A stretch of 64,000 nt of DNA from an uncultured Gemmatimonadales bacterium (GCA_963695555.1 CAVOGR010000007.1:352001-416000); one strand, 5' to 3'. Numbered from the stretch's first letter, positions 1 through 11,090 are shown. Numbers and translations: made by a program. The notes: generated by a model from the letters alone, not told the origin.

Positions 1-2
1 TC

Positions 3-1487
3 CGCCGTGGCGAGGGCATGGCTACCAATCGCGGAGCGTTCACCGCCATCACCGCCCCGCACACCGGCCGGTCACCCAAGGACAAGTTCCTCGTGCAGGA
101 GCCGACGTCAGCGGCCGATATCTGGTGGGAAAGCAACGCGTCCATGTCTCCGGACGCGTTCGACCTGCTCCACGACGACATCAGGGCTCACCTGAACGAC
201 CAAGAGCTGTTCGTCCAGGATCTCCATGGAGGGGCCGCTCCCGCCTACCAATTGGGCGTGCGCTTCGTCACCCCCAGCGCGTGGCACGCCTTATTCGTCC
301 GGAACATGTTTATCCGGCCGACGCCCGAGCAACTCGAATCGTTCACGTCCGAGTTCCTCGTCCTTCATGCCCCGCTGTTCCAAGCCGACCCCGCGCGACA
401 TGGCACCCGGACGGGCACGGTCATCGCCCTGAATTTCGCCAAGCGCATGGTCCTGGTGGCGGGGACCAAGTACGCGGGAGAGCTCAAGAAATCGATCTTC
501 ACGGTGCTCAACTATCTGCTGCCGGCCCGCGGCGTGCTCCCGATGCACTGCTCCGCAAACGTCGGCGAAGCCGGCGATACCGCCATCTTCTTTGGCCTCT
601 CCGGCACCGGCAAGACGACCCTGTCCGCCGACCCCACCCGCCACCTCATCGGGGACGACGAACACGGCTGGAGCCCGGACGGCGTGTTCAATTTCGAGGG
701 CGGGTGCTATGCCAAGGTGATCGATCTCGACCCCGACGGCGAGCCCGAGATCTATGCGGCGACTCAGCGGTTCGGGACGGTGCTCGAGAACGTGACGGTC
801 GATCCGCTCAACCGCGCCGTCGATTTCAGCAGCGAGGACATCACCGAGAATACCCGGGCTAGTTACCCGATCGAGTTCATTCCCAATCACATGCCGGGTG
901 GCGTCGGTGGGCACCCGCGCAACGTCGTGTTCCTGACAGCTGACGCGTTTAGCGTGATGCCGCCGATTGCCCGGCTCTCCGCAGCCCAAGCCAAGTATCA
1001 CTTCCTGTCGGGATATACGGCCAAGGTGGCCGGCACCGAGCGAGGTGTCACGGAACCAACCGCGACATTCTCCGCCTGTTTCGGTGCGCCGTTCCTGCCA
1101 CGGCATCCCAACGTCTATGCCAAAATGCTGGGCCAGAAGATCGAGGAACACGGAGCCCGCGTCTGGCTGGTCAACACCGGCTGGACGGGCGGGCCCTACG
1201 GGACGGGCACCCGGATGCGGCTCGCGCATACGCGGGCCATGGTCCGCGCGGCGCTGGCAGGGCGGTTGGACCGGGTCGCCTATCAGACCGATCCGGTGTT
1301 CGGCGTGGAGGTTCCGACCGAGGTCCCGCATGTGCCGGCGGACATTCTCATGCCGCGGGCCACCTGGCAGGATGTCGCCACGTACGACGCCCAGGCCCGC
1401 AAACTGACCCAGATGTTCGCGGACAACTTCCGCCGTTACGCCGATCAGGTCTCGGAGCCCGTTCGCAACGCGGGGCCGACCGGCTAG
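3..1487 (+). CDS. pckA: Phosphoenolpyruvate carboxykinase (ATP), 5' end truncated by the window edge
   Basis: [19 protein letters not shown]-loop, LIGDDEHGW and [10 protein letters not shown] motifs; the frame is open to the window edge. Confidence 0.97.
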   Translation, partial: RRGEGMATNRGAFTAITAPHTGRSPKDKFLVQEPTSAADIWWESNASMSPDAFDLLHDDIRAHLNDQELFVQDLHGGAAPAYQLGVRFVTPSAWHALFVRNMFIRPTPEQLESFTSEFLVLHAPLFQADPARHGTRTGTVIALNFAKRMVLVAGTKYAGELKKSIFTVLNYLLPARGVLPMHCSANVGEAGDTAIFFGLSGTGKTTLSADPTRHLIGDDEHGWSPDGVFNFEGGCYAKVIDLDPDGEPEIYAATQRFGTVLENVTVDPLNRAVDFSSEDITENTRASYPIEFIPNHMPGGVGGHPRNVVFLTADAFSVMPPIARLSAAQAKYHFLSGYTAKVAGTERGVTEPTATFSACFGAPFLPRHPNVYAKMLGQKIEEHGARVWLVNTGWTGGPYGTGTRMRLAHTRAMVRAALAGRLDRVAYQTDPVFGVEVPTEVPHVPADILMPRATWQDVATYDAQARKLTQMFADNFRRYADQVSEPVRNAGPTG

Positions 1488-1530
1488 CCTGGGCGGACAG
1501 CCGCGCCTCACCCACCCAGCCGAGACATCC

Positions 1531-2823
1531 GTGTCACCGCCACCGACAGGTTTCGAGGTCATTCGCGACCCGCTGTGGGACAACATCCGGCTCGATGAGG
1601 TCGCGATGGCCGTGCTCGACACGGCCTCGGTCCAGCGCCTTCGCTATGTCCGGCAATTGGGCCACGCCTTCTTGGTCTACCCCGGCGCGACGCATTCCCG
1701 CTTCGAACATGCGCTCGGCACCTACCACCTGGCCAAGCGAGCCCTGTCGCTGTTGGACGAACGCGGCGAGCTCGGGCGGGTGCCGGAGGAGGAGCGCTTC
1801 GCGACGCGCCTGGCCGCCTTGCTGCACGACGTCGGGCACTATCCATTCTCACACGCACTCGAGGAAGCGGGTTTTGCGCACCACGAACTCCTTGGTGTAG
1901 CACGTCTCGAGGAGGGCGATTTGGCTCACGTCCTTGCGGCTCACGGAGGTCCGGAGCTCGCCCGGCAGATTGCAGCGCTCATTCAAGGAACCAGTTCGAG
2001 TCCGGTTGCTGGTCTCATCTCGGGCTCGCTCGATCTCGACAAGATCGAGTATCTGAATCGCGACGCCCACATGTGCGGTGTCCCCTATGGCACGATCGAC
2101 GTGGATCGGCTCCTGACCTCGCTCGCCCTCTGCGAGGCCGGACCAGGACGGTGGGAAGTCGGGGTGCACGAGAAGGGTATGAGCGCGCTCGAGTCGCTGC
2201 TCTTCGCCAAGTACCAGATGTACCGGAACGTGTACTGGCACCACGCCGTGCGCGCGGCGACGTGCATGTTCAAGCGCGCCGTCCGCACGGTCGTCGCGGG
2301 CGGCACGCTCACGCCGGAGGACATTGCCCGCGCAACCGACGGGAGTCTCATGGAGCGCTTGCTTGCCGCCGACCCGTCGGGACTCGCCGAGGCCGTCCAC
2401 GGGCGGCGCCTCTTCAAGCGCGCGCTCGACCTGCCTGCGAGCGACGTGCCTCACGACGCCCAGTCGTGGCTGTCCGATGATCCCGACTTGACGGGCCAGG
2501 TGGAGGATGTGCTGGCGGACGCGGTGGGACTCTCGCCCGGGCACTTGCTGCTCGACTTCCCCGCCCGGTCGACGATGCTGGATGTCGACCTGCCGCTCCG
2601 GACCCGCTCGGGAACGGTGGAGCGCCTGACGGCGGCGGGACGTCGAGGCCACTTGGGCTTGACCCGAATCGCGGAGCCACTCTACCAGAGCGCGAGGCGG
2701 CTTAGAGTGTTCGTCGCGGAGGCGCCGGCCAGGCCCCTGCCGGACCTGATGCCCCTGGTGACACTACCGGGTGCGGAAGTGCGGCGGCGATTGGAAGCTG
2801 AGGAGGGGTTGGTCCGGGGTTAA
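1531..2823 (+). CDS. HD-domain phosphohydrolase (SAMHD1/dNTP triphosphohydrolase-like)
   Basis: IRDPLW, QRLRYVRQLG, HSRFEH, LHDVGH and YRNVYWH motifs. Confidence 0.9.
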   Translation: MSPPPTGFEVIRDPLWDNIRLDEVAMAVLDTASVQRLRYVRQLGHAFLVYPGATHSRFEHALGTYHLAKRALSLLDERGELGRVPEEERFATRLAALLHDVGHYPFSHALEEAGFAHHELLGVARLEEGDLAHVLAAHGGPELARQIAALIQGTSSSPVAGLISGSLDLDKIEYLNRDAHMCGVPYGTIDVDRLLTSLALCEAGPGRWEVGVHEKGMSALESLLFAKYQMYRNVYWHHAVRAATCMFKRAVRTVVAGGTLTPEDIARATDGSLMERLLAADPSGLAEAVHGRRLFKRALDLPASDVPHDAQSWLSDDPDLTGQVEDVLADAVGLSPGHLLLDFPARSTMLDVDLPLRTRSGTVERLTAAGRRGHLGLTRIAEPLYQSARRLRVFVAEAPARPLPDLMPLVTLPGAEVRRRLEAEEGLVRG

Positions 2824-3602
2824 GCGCCCTGCGATGCCCCTTCGGGCACCGGATACTCGCCCGAGGTACTCTCCGTCGAATCGATCTGCACGATGATTGC
2901 GGTAATGTTGTCGAGCCCGCCCCGGCGGTTGGCCTCGCTAATCATCTCATCGACCCACGACTGCGGTGTGCCCTCACTCTCGAGAATCCGCAAAAGGTCG
3001 GGGTCTTCCAACATCCCGGTGAGGCCGTCGGACCCGAGCAGCAGGAGATCGCCGGTATGGAGATCCCCGAAGTACACGTCGGGGACGACATCGCTGCCGG
3101 CGCCGACGCAGCGGGTGATGACGTTCGAATATGGGTGGACCCGTGCTTGATCCGGCGTCAGCAACCCCGCATCCACCTGTTCCTGCACATACGAGTGATC
3201 CTTGGTAAGCTGCAGCATCCGGCCGTCGCGCAGGAGATAGGCCCGACTGTCTCCGACGTGGCCGATGACATAGCGGCCGCTCATGAGCGCGAGCAGGGTG
3301 GCCGTCGTGCCCATGCCGCGCTTGTCCTGCTCGGTAAGGGTCCGTTCGAAAATGGCGGCGTTGGCCGCGATCATGGCACGGTGCACGCGGCGGGAGATCT
3401 CTTCGTCCGTCGTGCCGCGGAGGTTACCCACTTCCCGCGAGATGATCCCGACGGCCATCTCGCTCGCGACCTCGCCGGCGGCGTGCCCGCCCATGCCGTC
3501 CGCCACGATGAAGATCCCGCGGTCGGCGAGCATGAGGAAATTGTCTTCGTTGTCCGAGCGGACAACGCCGACATCCGAATGGGCAGCACATGAAAAACGC
3601 AT
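2820..3602 (-). CDS. PP2C-family Ser/Thr protein phosphatase
   Basis: NED, VADGMGGH, GMGTT, HVGDSRAY, SDGL and GGLDN motifs. Confidence 0.95.
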   Translation of the reverse strand: MRFSCAAHSDVGVVRSDNEDNFLMLADRGIFIVADGMGGHAAGEVASEMAVGIISREVGNLRGTTDEEISRRVHRAMIAANAAIFERTLTEQDKRGMGTTATLLALMSGRYVIGHVGDSRAYLLRDGRMLQLTKDHSYVQEQVDAGLLTPDQARVHPYSNVITRCVGAGSDVVPDVYFGDLHTGDLLLLGSDGLTGMLEDPDLLRILESEGTPQSWVDEMISEANRRGGLDNITAIIVQIDSTESTSGEYPVPEGASQGA

Positions 3603-3609
3603 GCTCGAC

Positions 3610-5181
3610 CTATCGAAGGAGCTCGAGGAGTTTGTCCAGCAAGCCCAAAAAATAGGCCGCCACCGCCAGTACAACCACCACGGCCACCGTCATCAGCCCG
3701 CCCCACGATCGGCTTGGCTTAGCGGAGGCCGTCACAAACACCGGCATCGGGCGGGCCGACGGCTGCGAAGCCTTGGCCGCGGGCGCCTCATCACCGGGGG
3801 CCGGCACGAATTCCTCGACCGGCGGCTCGGGAGGCGCCGCAGCATCCGGCGCGGGTTCCGCTGCGCGGGCTGGTGGGGGGTCGCCAAACTCTTCATCGAT
3901 GAGCGTGTGCGACACCTCGAAGCGCTCCGGGGCGTGCGACGTGGCCTGCCATCCGGCCACCGCCTCGGGCTCGACACTCTCCGCCTCCTCGGACTCCTCG
4001 ACTTCCGCCGCCCGCACGACCCGAGTGTCTCCGGACTCCAGGTGCGGCACTTCGACATCGGATGGGTCGAACAGCAGTGCCATTTCCCCGAGCCGGATGG
4101 TGGCTCCCGGTGCCACGGCCATCTCCGTCACGACCTCTTCCCCTTCCACCAGGGTGCCGTTGGTCGAGCCCATGTCGCTCAGGAACCAGATGCCCTCGCG
4201 ACACTGCAGCTTGGCATGCGACGCGCTGACGCTCGAGTCGTCGAGCACCACGTCGTTGTGGTCGCCGCGGCCCAGGTGGATCACCGACGCCCGGATGGGC
4301 AGCCGCTCACCGCGCCGAGGGCCTTCGCGTACAAGCAGCGACCCGAATCCTGGTTCCGGACCGGCGGGCGCTGAGTCGTCCCGATCGTCCGGTTCCGAGT
4401 CGATCTCTTCTTGAATGGAGGAAAACGGGATGCCGTGAAGCGTGTCGAACAGCTTTTGGCTGGCTCCGAGCGGAGCGTCAGGCTGGGGTTGGTCTGCCAT
4501 GACTTCCTCGGGTGCTGCAGGGTGCGCAGCCGGGCTCATGGTGGCGTAGAAGCGGAACTCTTCGGTCCCAATTCGGATCACATCGGAGCGAGCCAGGATC
4601 CGGTCGGCGCCAATCCGGAGCCCATTGACGAATGTGCCATTGGTACTGTGATCGGCCAGCACGTACTGATCGTCACGGTAGACGATTTCCGCGTGTTTCC
4701 GCGAGACGTCCTGGCCGGTGACGACCACCTCGGCGCTCGCCTCCCGACCCAGCACGACCGAATCCCCGATGGGATACTCACGGCCGTCCGTCAGGCACAC
4801 TAGCCGCCCCCCTTCGGCGGTCCATTCCGGTGCCGGCGCGCGGGGTGCGGCCGGGTCTCGGAGACTTGCGGCGCTCATGAATTCGGTGTGCCCCGCCCGG
4901 ACGGAATCCACCACGCGCAACTCGACGTCTCCCAGGCGGATCTTGTCGCCGTGAAGCAGCGGGCTCGGGTTCTCTCCCAAGAGCACACCGTTCACCATCA
5001 CCTCGGCGTCGGACGTGGCTTGGCGAATGGCGATCGACCCGTCGGGCATGCCCTGTACCACGGCATGCCGCCAGAGTACGCCTTCCCCGCTCAGCCGAAG
5101 AGCGCTTTCGGAATCGGACCCGATAAGCATCTCGCCGGGCGGGATGGGGTGATGCCGACCGTTGTACTCGAGTTCCATCAT
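3610..5181 (-). CDS. Membrane-anchored protein with three FHA domains
   Basis: Two canonical FHA domains (GR..S..HA..STNGT), one degenerate N-terminal FHA, acidic Pro-rich linker, C-terminal TM helix. Confidence 0.85.
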   Translation of the reverse strand: MMELEYNGRHHPIPPGEMLIGSDSESALRLSGEGVLWRHAVVQGMPDGSIAIRQATSDAEVMVNGVLLGENPSPLLHGDKIRLGDVELRVVDSVRAGHTEFMSAASLRDPAAPRAPAPEWTAEGGRLVCLTDGREYPIGDSVVLGREASAEVVVTGQDVSRKHAEIVYRDDQYVLADHSTNGTFVNGLRIGADRILARSDVIRIGTEEFRFYATMSPAAHPAAPEEVMADQPQPDAPLGASQKLFDTLHGIPFSSIQEEIDSEPDDRDDSAPAGPEPGFGSLLVREGPRRGERLPIRASVIHLGRGDHNDVVLDDSSVSASHAKLQCREGIWFLSDMGSTNGTLVEGEEVVTEMAVAPGATIRLGEMALLFDPSDVEVPHLESGDTRVVRAAEVEESEEAESVEPEAVAGWQATSHAPERFEVSHTLIDEEFGDPPPARAAEPAPDAAAPPEPPVEEFVPAPGDEAPAAKASQPSARPMPVFVTASAKPSRSWGGLMTVAVVVVLAVAAYFLGLLDKLLELLR

Positions 5182-5257
5182 GCGGTAGAGGCCGTCCAGG
5201 GGTTTCTCTAATCGTTTAACGTACCCGCCGCCCCGTAACCAGGCAAGCGAGCGGAGC

Positions 5258-7066
5258 TTACGCGCTCTCCGCCAGGCCCTGCCCGCTCAACTGGAGGAGG
5301 TAGAGCCGCTCGTAGGCGCCATGCCGCGCCAGGAGGCGGGCATGCGTCCCGCGCTCGATGATCTCCCCGTGGTGGAGCATGAGAATCTCGTCCGCGTGGA
5401 GGATGGTGCTCAAGCGGTGGGCCACGACGAGGCTGGTTCGTCCGGCCATGAGTTCCGCCAGCGCCTGCTGGATTTGGGACTCCGTCTCCGTATCGACCGA
5501 ACTGGTCGCCTCATCGAGCACCAGAATACGTGGGTCGAGGGCCAAGGCACGGGCGAAGCTGAGCAGCTGGCGCTCCCCAACGCTGAGGCTCCGCCCACGC
5601 TCACCGAGTTGGTGGGAGTATCCCGATGGGAGGCGCCCGATGAAGCGATCGGCGCCCACTCTCGACGCCGCTGCACGCGCGGCCTCGGGCGCAATCGGGG
5701 CGTCCAGGGTGAGGTTGTGCAGGATGTCCCCAGCAAACAGGAACAGGTCCTGCTGCACCAGGCCGATCTGTTCGCGCACTATCGAGGTCGGCAGCTCACG
5801 AATGTCGATCCCGTCCAGCGTGATCCGGCCGCGTTGGGGGTCGTAGAACCGGAGCAACAGATTGATGATGGTCGACTTGCCGGCCCCCGTATGCCCGACC
5901 AGGGCGACGGTCTGACCGGGCGAGGCGCGGAAGCTCACGTCTCGGAGCACCCACGGCCCGGGTTCGGCATAGCGGAACCACACCTGGTCGAACTGGATGT
6001 CGCCGCGGATCGGGGTCGGCAATGCGCGAGGGGCGTCCGGTTCCGCGATGGTGACGGGTTCGTCCAACAGGTGGAAGACCCGTTCGGATGATGCCATGGC
6101 GCTCTGAATGATGTTGTATTTCTCGGACAGGTCCTGCAGCGGGTCGAAGAAGCGCCGGGTGAGTTGGATGAACGCGGCGAGGGTCCCGACCGTGAGTGTG
6201 GCATCGAGCGCCCGCACTCCACCATAGAAGAGGAGGAGCGCCAGCGCGACCGACGTGAGGATCTCGATAATCGGGAAGAAGACCGCGTACAGCCGTATCG
6301 CGCGGATGTGCGCCTCGAGGTGCTCTCGGTTGACGTCGTCGAAGCGGCTCGCTTCCCGAGCCTCACGCCTGAACAGCTGGACCACGCGCATGCCGGACAA
6401 GTGCTCTTGCAGGAAGGCGTTGATTCGCGCGAGCCGCTGGCGGATTTCCAGAAACACCTGCCGCACACGGCGGCGAAACACCGTGGCCGTGATCCACACC
6501 AGCGGAATGACCGCAAATGCGACGAGGGCAAGCCGCCAGTCCATGGCGAGCATCATGATCATGATGGCCGCCAGGGTAAACACGTCACCAAACACTGCCA
6601 CCACGCCCGAGGTGAACAGCTCGTTCAAGGATTCCACGTCCGAGGTCACCCGCGTCATGAGACGTCCAACCGGGCGTCGATCGAAATAGGGAATGCTGAG
6701 ATGCTGCAGCTTGGTGAATAACTCCTGCCGGAGATCGCGCATGACCCGCTGGCCAATGGCGGTCGTGACCAGCACCTCGGCGTAGCCATTGGCGAAGCTG
6801 AGCAGCAACGCGAGCAGGTAGACGGCGGCGAGCGTACCCAGAAGGGCCACGTTCGCCTCCGGAATGGCGACGTCGATGACCTGCTTAGTCAGATACGGTC
6901 CGACGAGCGGAAACACGCCTCCGATCAGGATTTGTGCGGATGCGAGGGCCAAGAGCCTGCGATACGGCCGCAAGTACTTCAACAGCCTGGCGAACAGGGC
7001 CGGGTCGTAGACTTTGCCGAGGGCGTCGTCGGCTTGAGCGTCGATCTCGGCCGTGGCGGCGGTCAT
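5258..7066 (-). CDS. ABC exporter, fused permease/ATPase (MsbA/MdlB-like)
   Basis: N-terminal TM domain, GHTGAGKS, LSVGERQ, ILVLDEATS; start overlaps the upstream stop. Confidence 0.93.
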   Translation of the reverse strand: MTAATAEIDAQADDALGKVYDPALFARLLKYLRPYRRLLALASAQILIGGVFPLVGPYLTKQVIDVAIPEANVALLGTLAAVYLLALLLSFANGYAEVLVTTAIGQRVMRDLRQELFTKLQHLSIPYFDRRPVGRLMTRVTSDVESLNELFTSGVVAVFGDVFTLAAIMIMMLAMDWRLALVAFAVIPLVWITATVFRRRVRQVFLEIRQRLARINAFLQEHLSGMRVVQLFRREAREASRFDDVNREHLEAHIRAIRLYAVFFPIIEILTSVALALLLFYGGVRALDATLTVGTLAAFIQLTRRFFDPLQDLSEKYNIIQSAMASSERVFHLLDEPVTIAEPDAPRALPTPIRGDIQFDQVWFRYAEPGPWVLRDVSFRASPGQTVALVGHTGAGKSTIINLLLRFYDPQRGRITLDGIDIRELPTSIVREQIGLVQQDLFLFAGDILHNLTLDAPIAPEAARAAASRVGADRFIGRLPSGYSHQLGERGRSLSVGERQLLSFARALALDPRILVLDEATSSVDTETESQIQQALAELMAGRTSLVVAHRLSTILHADEILMLHHGEIIERGTHARLLARHGAYERLYLLQLSGQGLAESA

Positions 7067-8151
7067 GCGGGCCCCGGATCCGGTTCCAGCGTGTCCGGGG
7101 CTTCGCCAATGCCACGGAGTCCACGCTGGACCCAGTGCCACAGAACGAAGAACCCGAACGCGATCGTGAAGTAACTCAGAATGAGCCGCCAGATCATGGT
7201 GTAGAGCGGCGTCATGGCAACCGGCACATAGACCGACATGACCACGGCCGAGGTGAGTTCCGCCACACCCGATGCGCCGGGGGTAGGCACGAAGTACAGG
7301 AGAAACGTGATCAGCGTTTGCACCAGCAGCACATCAACAAATTGTGCCTCGATACCGACGGCGCGGAGCGCGACGTATCCGGCCAACAACTTGTTGGCAT
7401 GGGAGGGACCGGAAATAATCGTCGCCCACAGAAGCGCGAGCCACCCGCGCGGGGTATTGAATTTCTCGACGCTCTCGTGCGCGGTATCGATGCCGGCCTG
7501 GAGCTGGGCCAGCTTGTTGGCGACCCGCGTGCTGCGCCGACCGGCGAAGATGGCGAGGCGATGGATCAGATCCCGGACGATCCGCGGGAAGATGATGATG
7601 ATGACCAGCAGCACGCCGAGCCCGGCGAAGATCCCGAGGCTGCCGAGGAAGAGATCGTACAACGACAAGCCCAGCACATTGCCCTTCTCGCCGAGGGACT
7701 TCCCCGCCCCAGAGAGAATGGCGAGCGGGCCGGCAATCGCGAAGAATGCAACCGTGGCGATGAAGGTCATGAGCGTCGCGGCCATCGCGACGGGCACCGG
7801 CACGCCGTAGCGCCGCATGGTGTAGATCATGAGCGGTGCCGCGCCCGATTGCATCGGCGTGACGTAGGCGGCCCACGCACTCATCCCGCCGGCGAGCACC
7901 ATCCCCTTGAACGGCGGATCGGGATGCAGGACCCGTGTTACGACCCACAGCCGAAGCCCGCCTCCCAGCCAATCCATTGACGCGAGACCCAAGCCCACCA
8001 CGATCCACTCCCAGTGGATTCGGGTGAGGCTCTCCAGAAAGGCGGGGATGTTGTTGCCGTAGATGAGGACTGCGATGTACCCGATCAGCGAGATCAGAAC
8101 GAAGATCTGGAATCCCCGGACCAGGAGCTTGGGCGAGAGAACACGTGCCAT
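7063..8151 (-). CDS. Lysylphosphatidylglycerol synthase TM-region / flippase-like membrane protein
   Basis: Multiple TM helices; TPMQSGA, PTPGASGVAE and IWRLILSY motifs. Confidence 0.8.
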   Translation of the reverse strand: MARVLSPKLLVRGFQIFVLISLIGYIAVLIYGNNIPAFLESLTRIHWEWIVVGLGLASMDWLGGGLRLWVVTRVLHPDPPFKGMVLAGGMSAWAAYVTPMQSGAAPLMIYTMRRYGVPVPVAMAATLMTFIATVAFFAIAGPLAILSGAGKSLGEKGNVLGLSLYDLFLGSLGIFAGLGVLLVIIIIFPRIVRDLIHRLAIFAGRRSTRVANKLAQLQAGIDTAHESVEKFNTPRGWLALLWATIISGPSHANKLLAGYVALRAVGIEAQFVDVLLVQTLITFLLYFVPTPGASGVAELTSAVVMSVYVPVAMTPLYTMIWRLILSYFTIAFGFFVLWHWVQRGLRGIGEAPDTLEPDPGPA

Positions 8152-8231
8152 GGGAGGTGGAAACGTATCGGTCCAGGGAGGCTTGCGGTAGGGTAGCTGC
8201 CCGCACCAACCCGCCGTGCTATTGTTCTTCC

Positions 8232-11063
8232 ATGGACGGCTCCGTCATTCGCATCGTGAATGCCACCCAGCACAACCTGAAAGGCATCACCGTCGACCTG
8301 CCGCATCGGCAGCTGATCGTCATTACCGGGCCGTCCGGCTCCGGCAAGAGCAGCCTCGCATTCGACACGCTCTATGCCGAAGGGCAGCGACGATACATCG
8401 AGTCGCTCTCGACCTACGCCAAACAATTCCTGGATCGCATGCCGAAGCCGGCGGTGGACCGGCTGGAGGGGCTGGCGCCCGCCGTCGCGATCGAGCAGCA
8501 CAACCCGACGGTGTCGAGCCGCTCGACCGTCGGGACAGCCACGGAAGTTTACGATTTCCTCCGGCTGCTCTGGGCCCGGATCGGGACGACCTACTGTCGC
8601 CAGTGCGACACCGCGGTGACCCAGGATACGCCCGAGTCGGCCGCCGCGGTCATCCAGGCTCGGGCCACGGGCAAGGTCCAGGTCACCTTTCCACTCCCCC
8701 CGAGCGCCCGGCCCAGTCACCAAGCTATCGTCGAGAACCTGGTGGCCCTGGGCTTCGTGCGTGCGGTCGCGGACGGTACCCCCATCGAGCTCGAGCGGTG
8801 CCCATCGGATCTCGACTTGACGGCAGTCACGGATCTCTTGGTTGTCGTGGACCGCCTCACCGTCGGGACTGCCGCGCGGGCCCGGCTCACCGAATCGATC
8901 GCGACCGCGTTCGCCGAGGGAGAAGGCGTCGCCGTCGTGCTCCACGACGATGCCAGGCTCCGCTTCACCGAGGCCCCGACGTGCAGCCGGTGCGACCTCG
9001 CCGCGAGCCCTATCACCCCGGCGCTCTTTTCCTTCAATAGCCCCCGCGGCGCCTGCGGCACCTGCAATGGATTCGGCGCGGTCCTCGAATACGACGAGAC
9101 CCTGATCGTGCCTGACCGGTCCCGCTCACTAGCCGATGGGGCGATCGACCCGTGGACCAAGCCGCGCTACGGCAGCCGGCGCCGCTTGCTGCTCACGACA
9201 GCCAAACAGCTTGGTGCCGATCCCGACCGTCCGTGGGCTTCGCTCAAGGCCGCCGCCCGCCGCCAGCTGCTCCACGGACGACAGGGACGCTACGTCGGAA
9301 TCTTTCCGTTCCTCAAAGACCTGGAGGTCAAGCGCTACAAGCAGTACATCCGCGTGTTTCTCCGACAGTATCAACTCGCGCGTGAATGTCCCAGCTGCCG
9401 GGGTGCGCGCCTCAACGAGGACGCGCTCGCCGTCAGGATCGGCCGGGACACCATCGCCGACGTGGCTGCCCGGTCCATTGACGGCATCGCCGAATGGCTC
9501 GTGGGCCTGGACCTGACGGACACGGAGCGCCAGGTGGCCCACCTGATCCTGCAGCAACTCGATGAACGGGTGAGCTTCCTGCGCGATGTGGGCCTCGGGT
9601 ATCTGACCCTGTCACGGCAGACGCGCACGCTGTCCGGCGGCGAAGCGCAACGCATCGGCCTCGCCAACGCCCTCGGCGCGCGTTTGGTCGATGCGCTGTA
9701 CGTGCTGGACGAGCCCTCGATCGGCCTCCATGCGCGCGACATCGACCGCCTGCTGGGCCTGTTGCGGCGGCTCAGGGATCACGGCAACACCGTGATCGTG
9801 GTGGAGCACGACCACACTGCCATTCAGCAGGCGGACTTCATGCTCGAGCTCGGTCCCGCCTCGGGCCAGCACGGCGGCGAAGTCGTCTACGCCGGCCCGC
9901 CCAGCGGTGCGACCGAGTCGCTCACCGGGCAATACCTGAGCGGGCGGAAGCGGATCGGAGTGCCGAGTGCCCGGCGGGTCGTCGGACCACAACGGTTGGA
10001 GGCGCGCGGGGCTCGGCTCCACAATCTCGACGGAATCGACGTCGACATTCCACTCGGCACGCTGACCGCAGTCACCGGGGTGTCGGGATCCGGCAAGAGT
10101 ACACTGGTCCACGACGTGTTGTATCGGAATCTCCAGGCCAAGATCCGGGGCGCACACTCGGCAAAGTCGCATCTGGGCGAGCCGGTGGGCGAGGTCGCAT
10201 CGCTCACGGGCTGGCAGCATCTCGACGATGTGCTTCTCATCGACCAATCTCCCATCGGACGCTCGCCCCGGTCCAACCCGATCACCTACATCCGAGCGTT
10301 CCAGGAGATCCGCGAGTTGTTCGCCGAGCAGCCGTTGGCGCGCGAGCGCGGATATTCGGCGTCGACATTCTCCTTCAATCTCCCGGAGGGGCGCTGCCCG
10401 GAGTGTGAAGGCGCGGGACACATCCGGGTGGAGATGGTGTTCCTGGCCGACGTGTTCGTGCCGTGCGACATGTGCGGCGGGGACCGCTTCAAGAAGGAAA
10501 TCCTCGACGTCACTATCCGAGGCTACTCCATTCGGGACGTGCTGCAGTGGACCGTGGACGAGGCCATCCCACGGTTCCATCACCAGCCGAAGCTCGGCGC
10601 GGCGCTCTGGCAGCTCCAACAAGTCGGCTTGGGGTACCTGACCCTGGGGCAGCCGGCGACGACGCTGTCCGGCGGCGAAGCCCAACGCCTCAAGATCGCG
10701 CGTGAGTTATTGCGGGCGAAGAAACAGGGCCGAACGCTCTACATCCTGGACGAACCGACGACGGGGCTCCATCTCGAGGACGTGCGCGTGTTGATCAAGG
10801 TGCTCGACCGACTGGTCGACGCCGGCCACACCGTGGTCGTAATCGAACATCATCTCGACGTCATCAAGCGGGCGGACTGGGTCATCGACCTGGGTCCCGA
10901 GGCCGGGCCGGGGGGCGGCAAGGTCGTGATTCAAGGTACGCCGGAGGATGTGGCCGTGGCGCCGGGCTCGCACACGGGTCGCTACTTGCACGCGGTGCTC
11001 CGCGAGCCCGAGGCTGGCCCGACTTCCGATGCTCCCCAGCGGACCATGTCCTCCGCTCGGTAG
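8232..11063 (+). CDS. uvrA: Excinuclease ABC subunit A (UvrA family)
   Basis: Two ABC ATPase domains (GPSGSGKS, GVSGSGKS, LSGGEAQR twice), zinc-finger CxxC pairs, LYAEGQRRYIESLS. Confidence 0.95.
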   Translation: MDGSVIRIVNATQHNLKGITVDLPHRQLIVITGPSGSGKSSLAFDTLYAEGQRRYIESLSTYAKQFLDRMPKPAVDRLEGLAPAVAIEQHNPTVSSRSTVGTATEVYDFLRLLWARIGTTYCRQCDTAVTQDTPESAAAVIQARATGKVQVTFPLPPSARPSHQAIVENLVALGFVRAVADGTPIELERCPSDLDLTAVTDLLVVVDRLTVGTAARARLTESIATAFAEGEGVAVVLHDDARLRFTEAPTCSRCDLAASPITPALFSFNSPRGACGTCNGFGAVLEYDETLIVPDRSRSLADGAIDPWTKPRYGSRRRLLLTTAKQLGADPDRPWASLKAAARRQLLHGRQGRYVGIFPFLKDLEVKRYKQYIRVFLRQYQLARECPSCRGARLNEDALAVRIGRDTIADVAARSIDGIAEWLVGLDLTDTERQVAHLILQQLDERVSFLRDVGLGYLTLSRQTRTLSGGEAQRIGLANALGARLVDALYVLDEPSIGLHARDIDRLLGLLRRLRDHGNTVIVVEHDHTAIQQADFMLELGPASGQHGGEVVYAGPPSGATESLTGQYLSGRKRIGVPSARRVVGPQRLEARGARLHNLDGIDVDIPLGTLTAVTGVSGSGKSTLVHDVLYRNLQAKIRGAHSAKSHLGEPVGEVASLTGWQHLDDVLLIDQSPIGRSPRSNPITYIRAFQEIRELFAEQPLARERGYSASTFSFNLPEGRCPECEGAGHIRVEMVFLADVFVPCDMCGGDRFKKEILDVTIRGYSIRDVLQWTVDEAIPRFHHQPKLGAALWQLQQVGLGYLTLGQPATTLSGGEAQRLKIARELLRAKKQGRTLYILDEPTTGLHLEDVRVLIKVLDRLVDAGHTVVVIEHHLDVIKRADWVIDLGPEAGPGGGKVVIQGTPEDVAVAPGSHTGRYLHAVLREPEAGPTSDAPQRTMSSAR

Positions 11064-11090
11064 CGGAGACACGGGGTATCGCAGCGTAAC

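Noticed and set aside
291..1622. Long antisense and alternate-frame ORFs (this one and many others, e.g. 14213-15628, 22814-24088, 58203-59660)
   Set aside because: They shadow well-supported genes and are expected from stop-codon scarcity in high-GC DNA
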